Below the pieces are notes generated by a model that saw only the letters and a list, made by a program, of their open reading frames with translations, did no database searches and was not told the DNA's origin. DNA of 64,000 nt from Octopus bimaculoides (Eukaryota): contig NC_068995.1 in NCBI RefSeq assembly GCF_001194135.2, positions 16,842,752 to 16,906,751 on the forward strand, written 5' to 3'. This document shows, piece after piece, positions 25,755 through 38,305 of this stretch (the first letter of the stretch is position 1; every line of letters begins with the position of its first letter). A program made the position numbers and the translations under genes.

Positions 25755-25958
25755 TGTGTCTTTCAGTGTGTCTTTGATTGCCCACCATTGCTTGATAACC
25801 GGTGTTGGTGTATTTCACTAGCGGTTCGGCAAAAGGTACCGATAGAATAAGTACCAAATTGTAAAATACAATAAATACAGGGGTAGATTCATTCAACTAA
25901 ATATTCTTCAAAACGGTGTCCCGGCATGGCCGCAGTCTAATGACTGAAACAAGTAAAT
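25755..25958 (+). mobile_element. SINE family B 3' half
   Basis: cccaccattgcttgataaccggtgttggtg...ggttcggcaaaagg...gatagaataagtacc...catggccgcagtctaatgactgaaacaagtaaa. Confidence 0.85.
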
Positions 25959-26627
25959 TCTAAAAGGTAATACTAAAATATAAAGTTTAATAAACAGGTT
26001 AATGATACGAACGTGTAGACATCGCTTAAGAAACGAAGGTTGACATGAGTTATAAATGGATATCATACCTCGGACCTAATGCATCGAAATTCTAGAATTA
26101 GTCCTGTATTGTTATCAATAAGAGCGAAGGCTAGAACGAACGCTATTCTTTCATATAAAGCTATAGTTATGGGTTGAAATTCAACTCACATGTAAAAGTA
26201 AAAATGAAAAATCTCCCTCAACAATGTAGAGATTCGTTTATTACAGGCATGTCACAGTGTTCTTCTCTCCATATAAGGTAAACATAAAGTAGCGTATTAG
26301 CTATAGCATGCTCTCAAGTTTATATTTCATTGAAATAATGTGTTAATAATTGCCTCATTATAAAGCCATAGGGTTGATTCTCAGATGAGTAGTACATTGT
26401 ATCTTCAAGGTATTTCATTTCCTTTTCCTCGGCTCAGATGAACTATGAATATCTCATGCCGAATGTTTCAATATATCAAGCGTTTTAGAACAAAATGAGA
26501 ATCTAAAACGCTTAGCGAAATACACTGCGTGCTGGCAATGTATATTCACTTGTGAGTGAAGGGTGATGTTGGTTTTTGACTTACTCTCATTGCCACGTTT
26601 CATAAAACAATATATATATATATATAA

Positions 26628-26914
26628 TATTGGTTTTAAATTTTGCCACAAAGGCAGTAATTTTGGGTGAGGGGATGAGTCGATTACATCGACCCCAGTA
26701 CTCAACTGGTACTTATTTTATCACCCTCGAAAGGGTGAAAGGCTAAGTCGACCTCGGCGGAATAATAATAATGATAATAATAACCCTTTCTACTGAAGCT
26801 ACGAGGTCTGAAATTTAGGGAGGAGGGGACTAGTTGATTACATTGACCCCATTGCATAACTGGTACCTAATTTATCAACCCTGAAAAGATGACAGGCAAA
26901 GTTGACCTCGGCAA
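26628..26914 (-). mobile_element. Two tandem, identically truncated SINE A 3' halves
   Basis: 26628-26762 and 26783-26914 each stop just after g(t/c)cgacctcggc and run into (AAT)n. Confidence 0.85.
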
Positions 26915-27419
26915 ATAATAATAACAATAATAATAAGGATTATTACAAAGTAGCATAACGTTAGCCTTACTTCCTTATATATATATATAACTAATACTTT
27001 CTTGATGCTATTTACAGATAAAAATATATTTTCAAGATGCAAATCAAAATAAATTCTGATACAAATATCAGTTTATATAATGAAGAACGTTAACATGCTG
27101 TTATTACTGCGTATATTATCATGAATGCGCAAATCTGCAAAATGCATATACATGTATATATGTGTATGTATATAGACAGTCACACAAATGTACATGTAAA
27201 TGCATTCACATACATATCGACATATATATTTATACATAAATAATATGCTTTTTATAGATAAGGATTTTTCATACTTCAACGATAAACATGTTTAAGACAG
27301 GCAATTAACGAGAATGACTGTAACTATCTGAATCGACCTTTTTTTATAAATAGTATTTCAACCACATGAAAGTTATTGGAATTCTACAACTCACACTATA
27401 GTGGTATTAAATGGATAAA

Positions 27420-27530
27420 CGAGGCGGCGAGCTGGCGAAATCCTTAGCGTGTCTAAATGCTTAGCGGCATTTCTTCGGAATATTTACATTCTGAGTTCAA
27501 ATCTCACCGAGATCGATTTTGCCATTCATT
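27420..27530 (+). mobile_element. SINE family A 5' half
   Basis: gaggcggcgagctggcgaaatcc...tgcttagcggcatttc...ctgagttcaaatctcaccgagatcgattttgcc. Confidence 0.85.
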
Positions 27531-27865
27531 TTTTTTTTAATAACCCAACCTCCACTCAATACTGAAAGTATATGCGCCAACATTTGAATGAGTTAAATGA
27601 AAATACATAAAACTCGTAGTATTCACTCCATCATTCACTTGATATTAATGAAAGCACTGAATTTTTATGCTAAAAGGTTCAATAACATGAAGTTAAATAT
27701 GTCGATGTTTCATTGTTTCTCTTCATCCACCAGTTGTTGAGATAATGTTTTCTCACATTAAGAAGAGGCAGCCAAACCTACAGCAATAATTGTAATAGAT
27801 GTGTTCGATATTTTTCAATCCGCTGTTGATATATATTTCGTCACACTCGAATGAAAGAAAAGAAA

Positions 27866-27956
27866 GGCTACGTGATAAGAAGCTTGCTCCCTGACCACAT
27901 GGTTCCGGGTTCAGCCCTACTGCGAGGTACCTTGAGAAAGTGACTTTGACTATAAC

Positions 27957-27988
<32 letters not shown>

Positions 27989-28066
27989 NNNNNNNNNNNN
28001 NNNNNNNNNNNNNNNNNNNNNNNNNNNNNNNNNNNNNNNNNNNNNNNNNNNNNNNNNNNNNNNNNN

Positions 28067-28098
<32 letters not shown>

Positions 28099-28320
28099 TT
28101 TGTGTGTGTGTGTTTGTGTCTGTGTTATTTTCTCTCCGCCCCCAGCTCTTGTCAATCGGTGTCCCAGTAACTTATCGGTTCGGCAAAAGATATCGATAGA
28201 ATAAGTACCAGGTTTAAAAGAAAAAGATGTACTGGGGTCAATTCATTCGACTAAAAGTTCTTCAATGCATTGCTCTAGCATCGCCGCAGGTTAATGACTG
28301 AAACAAGTAAGAGATAAACA
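27866..28320 (+). mobile_element. SINE family B, full length, internal microsatellite spanning a gap
   Basis: 5' half aagaagcttgctccctgaccacatggttccgggttcag..., then (TA)n/N/(TG)n, then 3' half cggttcggcaaaag...ctggggtcaattcattcgact...aatgactgaaacaagtaa. Confidence 0.88.
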
Positions 28321-28489
28321 ATAAATAAAAAGAGATATTTTCTGTATTTGAAGTTAAATAATTACAGGGATTAAGTTAAATACTATGAGCAGTGCAAGTG
28401 CTTTTGTTACGACAACGACTTAGTTTCTATAACTGATAGTTTATATTATATCGACAGTGCCATGGAAGGCTACGAGTAGATAGAATTGA

Positions 28490-28625
28490 CAGCGCGGTGG
28501 GCAAGTTATTTAGCTGCGTTTCTTCCGGTTGTTACATTCACAGTTCAAATGCGACCGGAATCGGAAAATTAAGCGCTAGTTGAACCCTGAGGTCGATGTT
28601 ATTGACTAGCTCCCTCACCACTCAA
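28490..28625 (+). mobile_element. SINE family A, old degenerate copy
   Basis: cagttcaaatgcgacc...ctagttgaaccctgaggtcgatgttattgactagc. Confidence 0.55.
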
Positions 28626-28859
28626 CAGGCATTGTAGGCCACGTTGGTCAAAATTTGATGCCATATGAACAGTTCCATCTAGTTCAATATGATCTTCATT
28701 GTTGAATGTTATGCAACTAATGTTCTCAATAAAATTGATAAAACTGAATTAGATTAAAGAAGATTAGAGTAAAGAAGATTAATAATAATAAAAATATTAC
28801 TTTAAGTTTTCTTTCCGAGAAATACTCACAAATTGTACCAATTATTTGATTTCAGGAAC

Positions 28860-29065
28860 CAGCATGGGAGTATCTGCTTGTTCGTAGAAATCGCTAGAAA
28901 TAACAGTCAAATAATATCTCACTCCCTTTAAAAGGAAATCAGTCTTAGGAAAATGCAGTTGTTATTATATGCACAAAGACGTTATGGTAGTCACGGTCGG
29001 AAGAACCTCATTCAGAGACCTACACAGTCAGAGGTGACCTGGAGCTCAATAACATTAACAACGAG
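28860..29065 (+). mobile_element. SINE family D body and tail
   Basis: cgctagaaataacagtcaa...atggtagtcacggtcggaa...gtgacctggagctcaataacattaacaac. Confidence 0.5.
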
Positions 29066-29402
29066 AGTAGGAATAGACATAGGTTAATAATTTCCATTTT
29101 ACGAATAAATCTGAAAGTCAGAATTTTCGGGAAGGGAAGAAACTGCCTCTTTCCTTTAGTTCAATGTTCGTGACTGATGCATTTTATATAGTTCCAAAAG
29201 AATGAAACTCAAAGTTGAATGTGCCTAGATTGAACACTTAATGAATGTTTCAGGATGTTTATTTTCGTTTTCGACCAACTGAACAACATACAAGTAAAAC
29301 CAACGAGTATTTTCTTCCCCCTTTTGGGCCAAAATTTCTTTGGAATATATTTTTACTGTAATCAAAAGAAGAAAACCCGCTCGTTAGATCAACTGGTTAT
29401 AA

Positions 29403-29610
29403 TATCCTTTTCTACACGAGGCACAAGGCCCGAAATTTTGAGGCAGGGATCTAGTTGATTAGATCGACCTCAGTGCGAAACTAGTACTTAATTTATGGAC
29501 CCTGAAAGGAAAAGTCGAGCTCGGCGGAATTTGAACTCAGAACGTAAAGACAGACGAAATACTGCAAAGCATTTCGCCCGGCGTGCTAACGTTTCTGCCA
29601 GCTCGCCGCT
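29403..29610 (-). mobile_element. SINE family A
   Basis: gtcgagctcggcggaatttgaactcagaacgtaaagacagacgaaatactgcaaagcatttcgcccggcgtgctaacgtttctgccagctcgccgc. Confidence 0.93.
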
Positions 29611-29764
29611 GGTTATAATATCGACGAAGACCGATACTTTTTATTGTATAGAATAGAGTGAAATATAATATAAACAACAAAACTAATCTTTCAGTATATA
29701 TTCTCCGTGTTTCGCCTTGCCCTATTTCAACAGGAAATTTCACGTTTGTTTGCGTATACTATTA

Positions 29765-30062
29765 TTGTTTATCGTTTTGTTCCAGTTGATTCGATCTACG
29801 GAACAGCCTGTTCGTGGAATTAATGTGCATGTGGCTGAGCACTCCACAGACACGTGTCCCCTAACGTAGTTCTCACATACATTCAGCGTGAGAAGGCTGA
29901 TCCTTTGAAATGCAGGTACATCTCTTTTTTGCCAGCTGAGTGGACTGGAGCAACGTGAAATAAAATGTCTTGCTGAAGGACACAACACGTCACCGGGAAC
30001 TGAACTCATGACCATGCGATCATGAACCGAATACCCTAACCACGAAGCCACACACATTCATT
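29765..30062 (-). mobile_element. SINE family C, near full length
   Basis: Minus strand gives a tRNA-like head (tgtggcttcgtggttagggtattcggttcatgatcgcatggtcatgagttcagttccc), then ccttcagcaagacatttt...tgctccagtccactcagctgg (CORE-like), then a long 3' part. Confidence 0.85.
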
Positions 30063-31734
30063 TAAGTACAAAGAAACAGGAAAAAAGAGAGATAAGAAAA
30101 GAAAAGTGGAGGATAAAACAGAAGAAAGAGGGAAGGGGCGGTGGGCCCCCATACCCCAAAACAAATGGTGTACGCAGCCGCACCTCACGCTATGGCATTA
30201 TCTTGGAGATTGGCCGGCGACACTCTTTACTGTAGCCACTCCACCACACATGGTTTATTTCTCAGACGGGCCACAATTATTCCGATTTTGCAGAGAAAAT
30301 TGGTAGTACGGGGTCCGACAACATCTGACGCGTGGACGGCGACCAGCACAAACTGGTAGGGACCTGTCAACCTCCTATACGGACGGCGGCATCCGGATTA
30401 TTCCTTCGGGCACGTTACACTTAACGTAATTCCCAAGACAATTCAGCGTAACATAAAATGTGACAAGTTCAGCGATTTGCGGATTGCTGATAATTTACTG
30501 ACCAACGGCTTGAGTCAAACAAGGATTAAAGGTAAAAATAGGAAGAAAAAACCCTAAAATACCCATGATTCCACGCATTGGGATTGAACTCAGGCTTCGA
30601 CGACCATGAGTCGAGTTTCACAGCCGCTCCAATATGTCTGCGTGATATAAATGCGAACACAATATAAATGGACTTGACAAAATACCGCAAAAAAACCAAT
30701 TTCATAGGACACTCTGCCGATTCTGCTATTTCCTGTCCTCTTAATGCTAATATAATGAAATTGTGTAACATGTTAAATTTTCGGGTCTAATGACAGGCTG
30801 TAAAAGAACCATTATTGATAGGTTTTCTTGTAATAATACAGGTTTGGGAATCGTAAAAGAGGCAAAATGAGAGATTGGAGATTACATGTATATACTTGTG
30901 ATTTTTTTTATGTGTGTGTTTCAAATTCACTAGGAAAGTTAAGTCGGAGAATGATTTATTGGCAAAGTTTATGAATGCTATAATGACATCTGCATATGTC
31001 TATCGGTCAATTGTATGATTTCCCTGATGAAATAACTGTGACAATGTTGAAATAAATCACATCTGTATGAAACATTTGTCTGGAAAAACACAGTGGAAGA
31101 AATATTCATTTCATCCTTAGGCATCGGGTCAACTTTATAGGGAGAGATGTGAAACACACTGAATACACGTTCGAATATAGCATTGGTAATTATTTATGGG
31201 CCCCAGAGGAACGGAAGGCAATGTCATCCACGGCGAGTCTTGAGTATATAGCTTTGATAAAACTAAATACACTAAAGGAGACATTTAGTCTGTGGTTCTA
31301 ACGTTATAGACAATTCAACATTATACTAGTGGGAAAAATATTATGTTTTTACATACGAAAATGACATCAGAGTTAGATGAGATGTTGCTGCAGTTATTTT
31401 CCATAGGAAAGCCCTTATCAAATAAACATACAATGAAAGGCATTCTTCTGTGACACTCGCCTCTTCTGCAGATACAATGTAAGCAATGTAAGCTAAGGAC
31501 TGCATTATTCAAATTACCCTCATTGGAAGAGAGAACTAAATGATTTGAAGTAGTTTTTTGTATCGGATAAAGGAATACATAGATGCTGTTCTTTTGTTGG
31601 TTCGCACAAGGCAGGTAAAAAAGTGTGGGACACAATTCTTGTACTGCATTAGCAAATAATTAAAGTAAATGAATTACAAATGAACACGGAAGGGACTGAT
31701 AGTTAGCATATGTATTCAATCATTCTGCTCAACA

Positions 31735-31890
31735 AATTTTTTGGCACAAGGCCAGCAACGTCGGGGGAGGTGTTAAGTCGATTACATTGACCCCAGAACT
31801 CAGTACTTGTTTTATAACCTCCAAACAATGAAAGGCAAAATCGAACTCAGAACGTACAGACGGGCGAAATGCAGTTAAGCATTTTGCCCC
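31735..31890 (-). mobile_element. SINE family A with deletion
   Basis: tttggcacaaggccagcaac...gtcgattacattgaccccag...aaaggcaaaatcgaactcagaacg...aagcattttgccc. Confidence 0.85.
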
Positions 31891-34129
31891 CTTCTAAAGA
31901 AATTATCATTAAATTTGTAAAGAAGAAAAGTCTTTGTAACAAATTATACATAAACTATAAAATAATTATTATTTTTGTTAAGCACAAGGTAATGTCTTCC
32001 TGAGCAGAGCTATTATCAACGGCGTTCAAACACTGGCCATCCATATTTTTATATATATCTCGAACTAAATTGTTAATTGTGTGCCTTCTATTTTTGAAAC
32101 AGGACGGGGGAATGATTTGTGGAAATTCTAAAATGACGGGTGACGTTTTAAGACTTGGTTGTAATTGAGTTTATATAATACATGTATCTCTGTTAGATTT
32201 TCCAATCAATCACGAGCTTTTCAAATGTTCGATTAGCTGTACTGCGAAGCTCATTGAAATATCATGTAAATGCCTGAGTATTTCACAGACAGGGGCATCA
32301 ACGTGATATTGTTGGAGTTTTGAGTCACTGGTTTAATTCACCCAACGAGATTTCACTCAGTCTCCGTCTATTCAATTTCACTTAAAAGATTTCACTTAAA
32401 AGATACGAATTGATCCCGCATTATTGTAAAAGACACTTCCCTAGGATGCGATCGAACTTTCAATATTGTGATCGAGAAGTCAGCTTCTTAACCATTCGAT
32501 TATAATGCTATTTTATAATAGTATTCTTCTCGTTGAAGTATTACATCAGCATTGCATCGACATTGTAATCGGTAACCCCCGTCACCTTGCAAGCTTTACA
32601 AAAACACCATTCTATACCCGTTAGTGGTACTAATTCTTTTTGTCTCGCTTGAATTTATGCTCATAATATATAATATCATTCGTTTAGAATTGTGTTGAAA
32701 ATAAAAGACTTCGTTATGAACGAAGAGTAAGTCTGTGTCAATCTCAGCGACCGAAATTGGATAATCAGATGTTTACAAATTTAATTTACAAATTTAATTT
32801 TGAACAATAATTGACTAACAATAATTTATTATTAATGTGCTGAACTTCATATCATGAATAAATAATCAAAAAGGAGTTACAGATTTGGACATTTCATTTT
32901 GAGGAACTGAAATCAGATAAATTAAACAAGTCGAGACTATCTGCTAGAAGAATGTCGCAACTGGTTGCGTTAAAGAGTTTCTGAACAGCTGGTACCGGTT
33001 TCGTGTAGTATCAGAACGCTGCATTGTGATCTTGCCAAGAAATATTTATTTATCAGCGTTAAATTATTGCGATTCAATGAGTGTAATGAGAAAACTTAAC
33101 AGCGTTGCTTTAAATATATATTCTTATTAGAATGTTATCTAGAATACCCAGGGTATTACGAGACTTCAGAACAGAAACTGCAACTGTCAAAGAAGAGTTT
33201 TACAAGCTGGTCTTAAACATTTTGTCTCAACTCGGTTGTTACTTTTGTATGAATGATGCTCAGAGTTACACTCGAAGGTTTTGCAGCCACATGACAAACT
33301 TATCTCAAATTGTTTCGAATTTGGGCACTTATGTTCTTTAATATGTACCCCCTTTTCAAAGAAGGTCCGTGTACATTGAAGGAAGTTTACCTTATGTTTA
33401 CAGTAGGTAGAAACCACGTGAAGCCTCATTCGTCGTTCCCTAGTGTAAAAAGAAGAGTGAAGTACATGTCCTGTGGCAGCATATCCAATTTCCAGATATA
33501 TGTGTATCTACGACTATATTATTGAATGTATTATGGTTTGGAAGGCATTTCAAGGAGATACTGCGGCGAATCGGGATCATTCTTAGAGTGTTGAATAGAC
33601 AGCCTTGTGGTATTTATTAGGTTATGTGCGTTCCCTGAGATTAAGATCTCATTGAGGTAAACTTTACATTTCAATCTTCCGAGGTCGACATACAAAGTTG
33701 TAGTCGATAACAGTAATTGCTGTTGCTTTCTCACAATTTACTCTCTCTTTCTCTCTCCTTCATCTCTTTCTCTCTCCTTCATCTCTTTCTCACTCTATGA
33801 ACAGCCTCCGTTGCTCCAAAACTGACCAATCACAGCAATCATTTCTCTAGAATTGGAGAAGTGTTGAGCGAATGGCGAGCAATCTATTTTCATAGAAAAA
33901 CAAATATACCATTGGGACCGTTCAATGACAGCAAATGTGCTGTGTAAACTTGGAAATAAAGAAGGGGGAAAACTTTGCTGCTATATCAGCCAGTATGCAT
34001 AAATGTTATACAATAGGCTTGGCTCTAATTACCAGTGGAATCATTTAGTTTCCAATTATCCCACTAATGTTCTTTGAATACAAATGGCGCTGTGCGTAAT
34101 TAAAAGGCAAATCAATATGCGTCTATTAC

Positions 34130-34345
34130 ATTCATGGGCGGGAAATTGGCTGAAGCGTTACAATATTGGACAAAATGCTTTGTTGTATTTTCGTTAGGCT
34201 GCTCTGCGCTCCGAGTTCCAATACCACCAAGGCCTAATATTGTCTTCTATCCTTGTGGGTTTTAAAATATCGTACCACTCAAATACTAAAATACTATAAT
34301 CGATTCATTCAAAAATATCCACCGTGGCCCTTGAATTTTGATTTC
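34130..34345 (+). mobile_element. SINE family A, degenerate
   Basis: gggcgggaaattggctgaagcgtta...ccgagttccaatacc...gtggccttg. Confidence 0.55.
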
Positions 34346-35637
34346 TTTTGCCAATATTTCAATCAATGTTTATTATTTATCTTTTACTCAACTAGCTTGG
34401 TTCTTAAATAATATATNNNNNNNNNNNNNNNNNNNNNNNNNNNNNNNNNNNNNNNNNNNNNNNNNNNNNNNNNNNNNNNNNNNNNNNNNNNNNNNNNNNN
34501 NTATATACATGCGTGTGTGTGTATGTATTTAATTAGATGCCATTTATCATTTTTACTGTCATTCCGCATTTCTGGTTTCGACAAAAGTAAATATCATCAG
34601 TTTTTCTATGGAAACCTACTTACGTACATACACACATATATACATACATGCATACTTATATGCATACTTACACACATACATACATACATACATACATACA
34701 TACGTGTGTGTTTATATATATATATATATATGCATGGATATATGGGTACGTGTAATGTTATGTTCATGTGATAAACAGGGCTATATATATGCATATAAAT
34801 AACCATTGATGTATTCATGTTATACGTAACTTTAGATGCACAAACATATACATACTGAAACAGAAACGAATGTGGCGTACACTCCCGATCACGCACATAC
34901 ATTTATACTGAAATACAGAAACACTCACACACATGCAAGTAATAGAAACAGAAAGTGAAGCGTATGAGCAAAGAGAAGAAAAGCGAGAAACGAAGAGAAA
35001 GTACGCGTGTGCGAGAGAAAAAGGCGAGGAGGCAGAATATTCATTTATACATTCTTATAAATATTGAAATTGTCACCAAAGAAATTCATACGTATGTTCA
35101 TACATACATATATGTGAGTGTTTGTATAGAAATATATGTTCGTGTGTGAGTGTGTGTATGTGTGTGCGTGAGTGTGTATTGTGTATAAACAACGTATATC
35201 TTAATACATAGGTGCATGGAGCACAAAATATAAATATATATCTTTATTGTGCAAGCCATTTTCAATATCCTGTATAGACATTTCAAATCTATGTTTTCCG
35301 AAACTATAATAGCTATTAAAAACAAATTTGGAAATGATACAATCTAAAATTGAGAAACTATTTTCAAATTTCCATAGTAGCTATTTTTTTTTTCCAAAAT
35401 AGCCAAAATCTCCACTATACTTCTTGAGGTGAAGTATTTCTTGATTTTTCATTGCTGACCACATTTCAAAACTTTCCGTAACTACTGGAACTTAACTTTA
35501 TTTTCATAGAATTTATATTTAATTTCCATCCTATTCGTACAAAGGGCGTTGATTGAACGGTCTGTCTGATCAGCAGTATTGATTCTTTGAGCAGGTAATA
35601 GTTCATTATTTCGATTTTGATATACGTTTATGCAAAA

Positions 35638-36312
35638 GAAGGCGGCGTGCTGCTGGCTGAATCGTTGCCACGCTGGGCAAAATGCTTTGCGGCATTTCGT
35701 CCATTGTTATGTTACGCGTTCAAATTCCACCGCGGTTGACAAAGCCTTCCATCCCTCTAGGACTCGAGAAAATAAGTACTAGCTGAACAGTGGGGTCTAT
35801 GTAATCGTTTTACCCCTTCCTCCGAAATTGCTGGCTTTATGCCAAAATTTGAAACTAATATACTTTTATGCCAAAGGCAGCGAACTGGCAGAATCATTAG
35901 CAGGCCGGGTGAAATGCTTAGGTGCATTTAATCCGCCTTTATTTTCTGAGTTCAAATTCCACTGACGTTGACTTTGCCTTTTATCCTTTCCGGGTAGATA
36001 AAATAAGTACCAGTTGATGAGTGGGGTCAATGAACTCGAATTCCCCCCCTCCCAGCAAAATTTCTAGCCTTGTGCCAAAATTTGAAATCAAAATACGATT
36101 AGGCGAGCCGGTAGAATTGTTACCGCGCCGGGCAAAATAGTTACGCATTTCTAACAACTTTATATTCTAAGTTAAAATATTACCGGGATCGACTTTATCT
36201 TTCATCATGACAGGGTCGATAAAATAACTACCAAGTGACCACTAGGGTCAAAATGATCGACTTGATCCCTGCTCCAAAATTGCTGGCCGTGCCCAACATT
36301 TGAAACCAAAAT
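35638..36312 (+). mobile_element. Head-to-tail array of three SINE A copies
   Basis: Copies at about 35638-35860, 35872-36092 and 36097-36312. Each runs from an aaggcggcg/aaggcagcg/aggcgag head to an aaaatttgaaa-type tail. Confidence 0.92.
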
Positions 36313-36429
36313 TTAGATTAGGGATATATTTGATCGACTCAGATCCATTAAAATGTCAGATAAGAAAATACCTTAGCTCAAAGCTGCAAGGCATTTGATC
36401 GGATGAGTTATTATTCGGCTAACTGACAT

Positions 36430-36955
36430 CTCGCCTTCCACAGATATATAGCATTGATGCTTCCGGGTAACATTGAGCTACTGGAAGCAGTTATGCAGTT
36501 CTAGCTTGATGGGGAAATGTATGATCATATGTGCTTAAACAAAATTCAGATGCTAGTCATAAGGCCTACTTAATCCAATGGATGTCAAGCAACCTGAACG
36601 ATTTTGTGATGTCAAACTCGTGTGATTTTAAACACATAGAGTGCTAAGTTTGGAGAGCTGTTGCAAGGGAAACTAATCGACATCCTCTCAATAGCACAGA
36701 CTAACCGAAGGCCACCACTGCCCAGGTGAGATCCCAAATGAATATGGAAAATTTAATGCAGACATATTAACGATTACGGGTCCCGCATTGAAGCAGACAA
36801 GAAACTAAAAGAGAATTCGTAAAATAATACTATCTGAACGCTTGTTTAAAAGATGTGCACACATTGTTATTAAAATGCGTTTGGTCTTTGCTAGATTAAC
36901 GCTATTTTATTCAATTATCAAATGTGTACTCCATTATCTCTTGCAACCTGCGTGT
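36430..36955 (+). pseudogene. maT (DD37D-type) transposase C-terminal fragment
   Basis: QNSDASHKAYLIQWMSSNLNDFV..NSCDFKHIEC*VWRAVARETNRHPLNSTD*PKAT aligns by eye to QQDSAP.H....Q.W...N..D.......NSPD.NP.DY.VW..VERETN.HP.N..D.LKA. Confidence 0.75.
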
Positions 36956-37164
36956 ATGTATTAACAGATAACTAGCTATGTATACATGCATATGTAATGA
37001 GTGTATACACACATACACACACACACACACAGACACACACACACACACTAACACACACACACACACACTAACACACACACACACTAACACACACACACAC
37101 ACATGTGCATATATGATATTATTTATATATGAATAAATAATATCAGAACACAACTCTAGAGCCA

Positions 37165-37264
37165 TCCATTGATAATAATTATGTTAATATTAATTTTATT
37201 ACTATTGTTGTTGTTATTATTATCATTATTATTACTATTATTACTATTATTATTATTAGCAGTG

Positions 37265-37315
<51 letters not shown>

Positions 37316-37340
37316 GTAGTAGTAGTAGTAGTAGTAGCAT
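37165..37340. repeat. Compound (TAT)n/(TAG)n trinucleotide microsatellite
   Basis: Read directly from the sequence; it produces the poly-L/poly-V ORF artefacts. Confidence 0.95.
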
Positions 37341-37689
37341 CAGCGGCAACAAAGTAATCTCATCAACTTCTATATATGTTTTTATTTCCTTTTTTTTGCT
37401 ATCAATTTCTCTATTACTACTAACTGTTCCATGGAACAATTAGGCTTAATTACATATGTCGCTAATTAATTTCTCTGATAATTTCTGTTTCTACTAATTA
37501 CTTACTGAGGTTTGAGTTGGTAGTCAGAACATTCTTGTATAACAGGTGGCTAAAAAACAATAACAAATACCCCACAAAATCGATTATATAAAATATTTTA
37601 TTTAGCCTGTTCCTAAACTGTGTTAGAAAAAATAAGATGGCCGATATAAGGAAATGCGCATAGTCGATGGCATAAAAGACAGTTATAGA

Positions 37690-37875
37690 TTACTTGTTTC
37701 ATTCATTTGATTGCGGCCATGTCGGGGCACACGTTGAATACTTTTAGTCAAACGAATCGACCTTATAATTAACTTGTTTTCTCGGTCTCTTTTGCCGAGC
37801 CACCAATGTTGCAAAGGGATGTAAACACACCAACAGCGGTTGTCAAGTGGCAGTGGGAGACAAACACAGACACAA
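37690..37875 (-). mobile_element. SINE family B 3' half
   Basis: ttacttgtttcattcatttgattgcggccatg...ctcttttgccgagcc...gtaaacacaccaacagcggttgtcaag. Confidence 0.8.
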
Positions 37876-38157
37876 AGAAAGATACACAACCATCTGTCTG
37901 TCTGTCTGTCTGTCTATCTATATATCTATCTGTATATGTATATATCCATATCAGCCATAAATTCTAAACTTTACTGGCAGATGGATTTAACCAAACCATC
38001 GAGCGTAAGTGTAGTCACTGCAGTTGATGCCTACGAAGTAGGCGAAACTAGTTTAGTCTAGTGATACTAGAGACAGCCATGGGGTGGTTATCACCCCTGT
38101 CAGAGTATATTTATTGTGCTCTTCTTACACCATTAAAAAAAAATATATATACATGCA

Positions 38158-38305
38158 TATATGGGTACAGGATATCACTATCGGTGCAAATAAAATGAAA
38201 TACGTAAACAAACGAAGGGACAAATGAGCGAAGTATGTAAACAACTTGTCGGCTGTCTACTACTTGTCTATCTACTTCCCATTTCGATCATTCAACGACA
38301 ATATG
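38158..38305 (-). mobile_element. Family H-like element, degenerate
   Basis: Plus strand starts atatgggtacagga, as at 49885 and 57397. Minus strand has cGAAA about 33 nt before agacagCCGACAAg. Confidence 0.35.
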
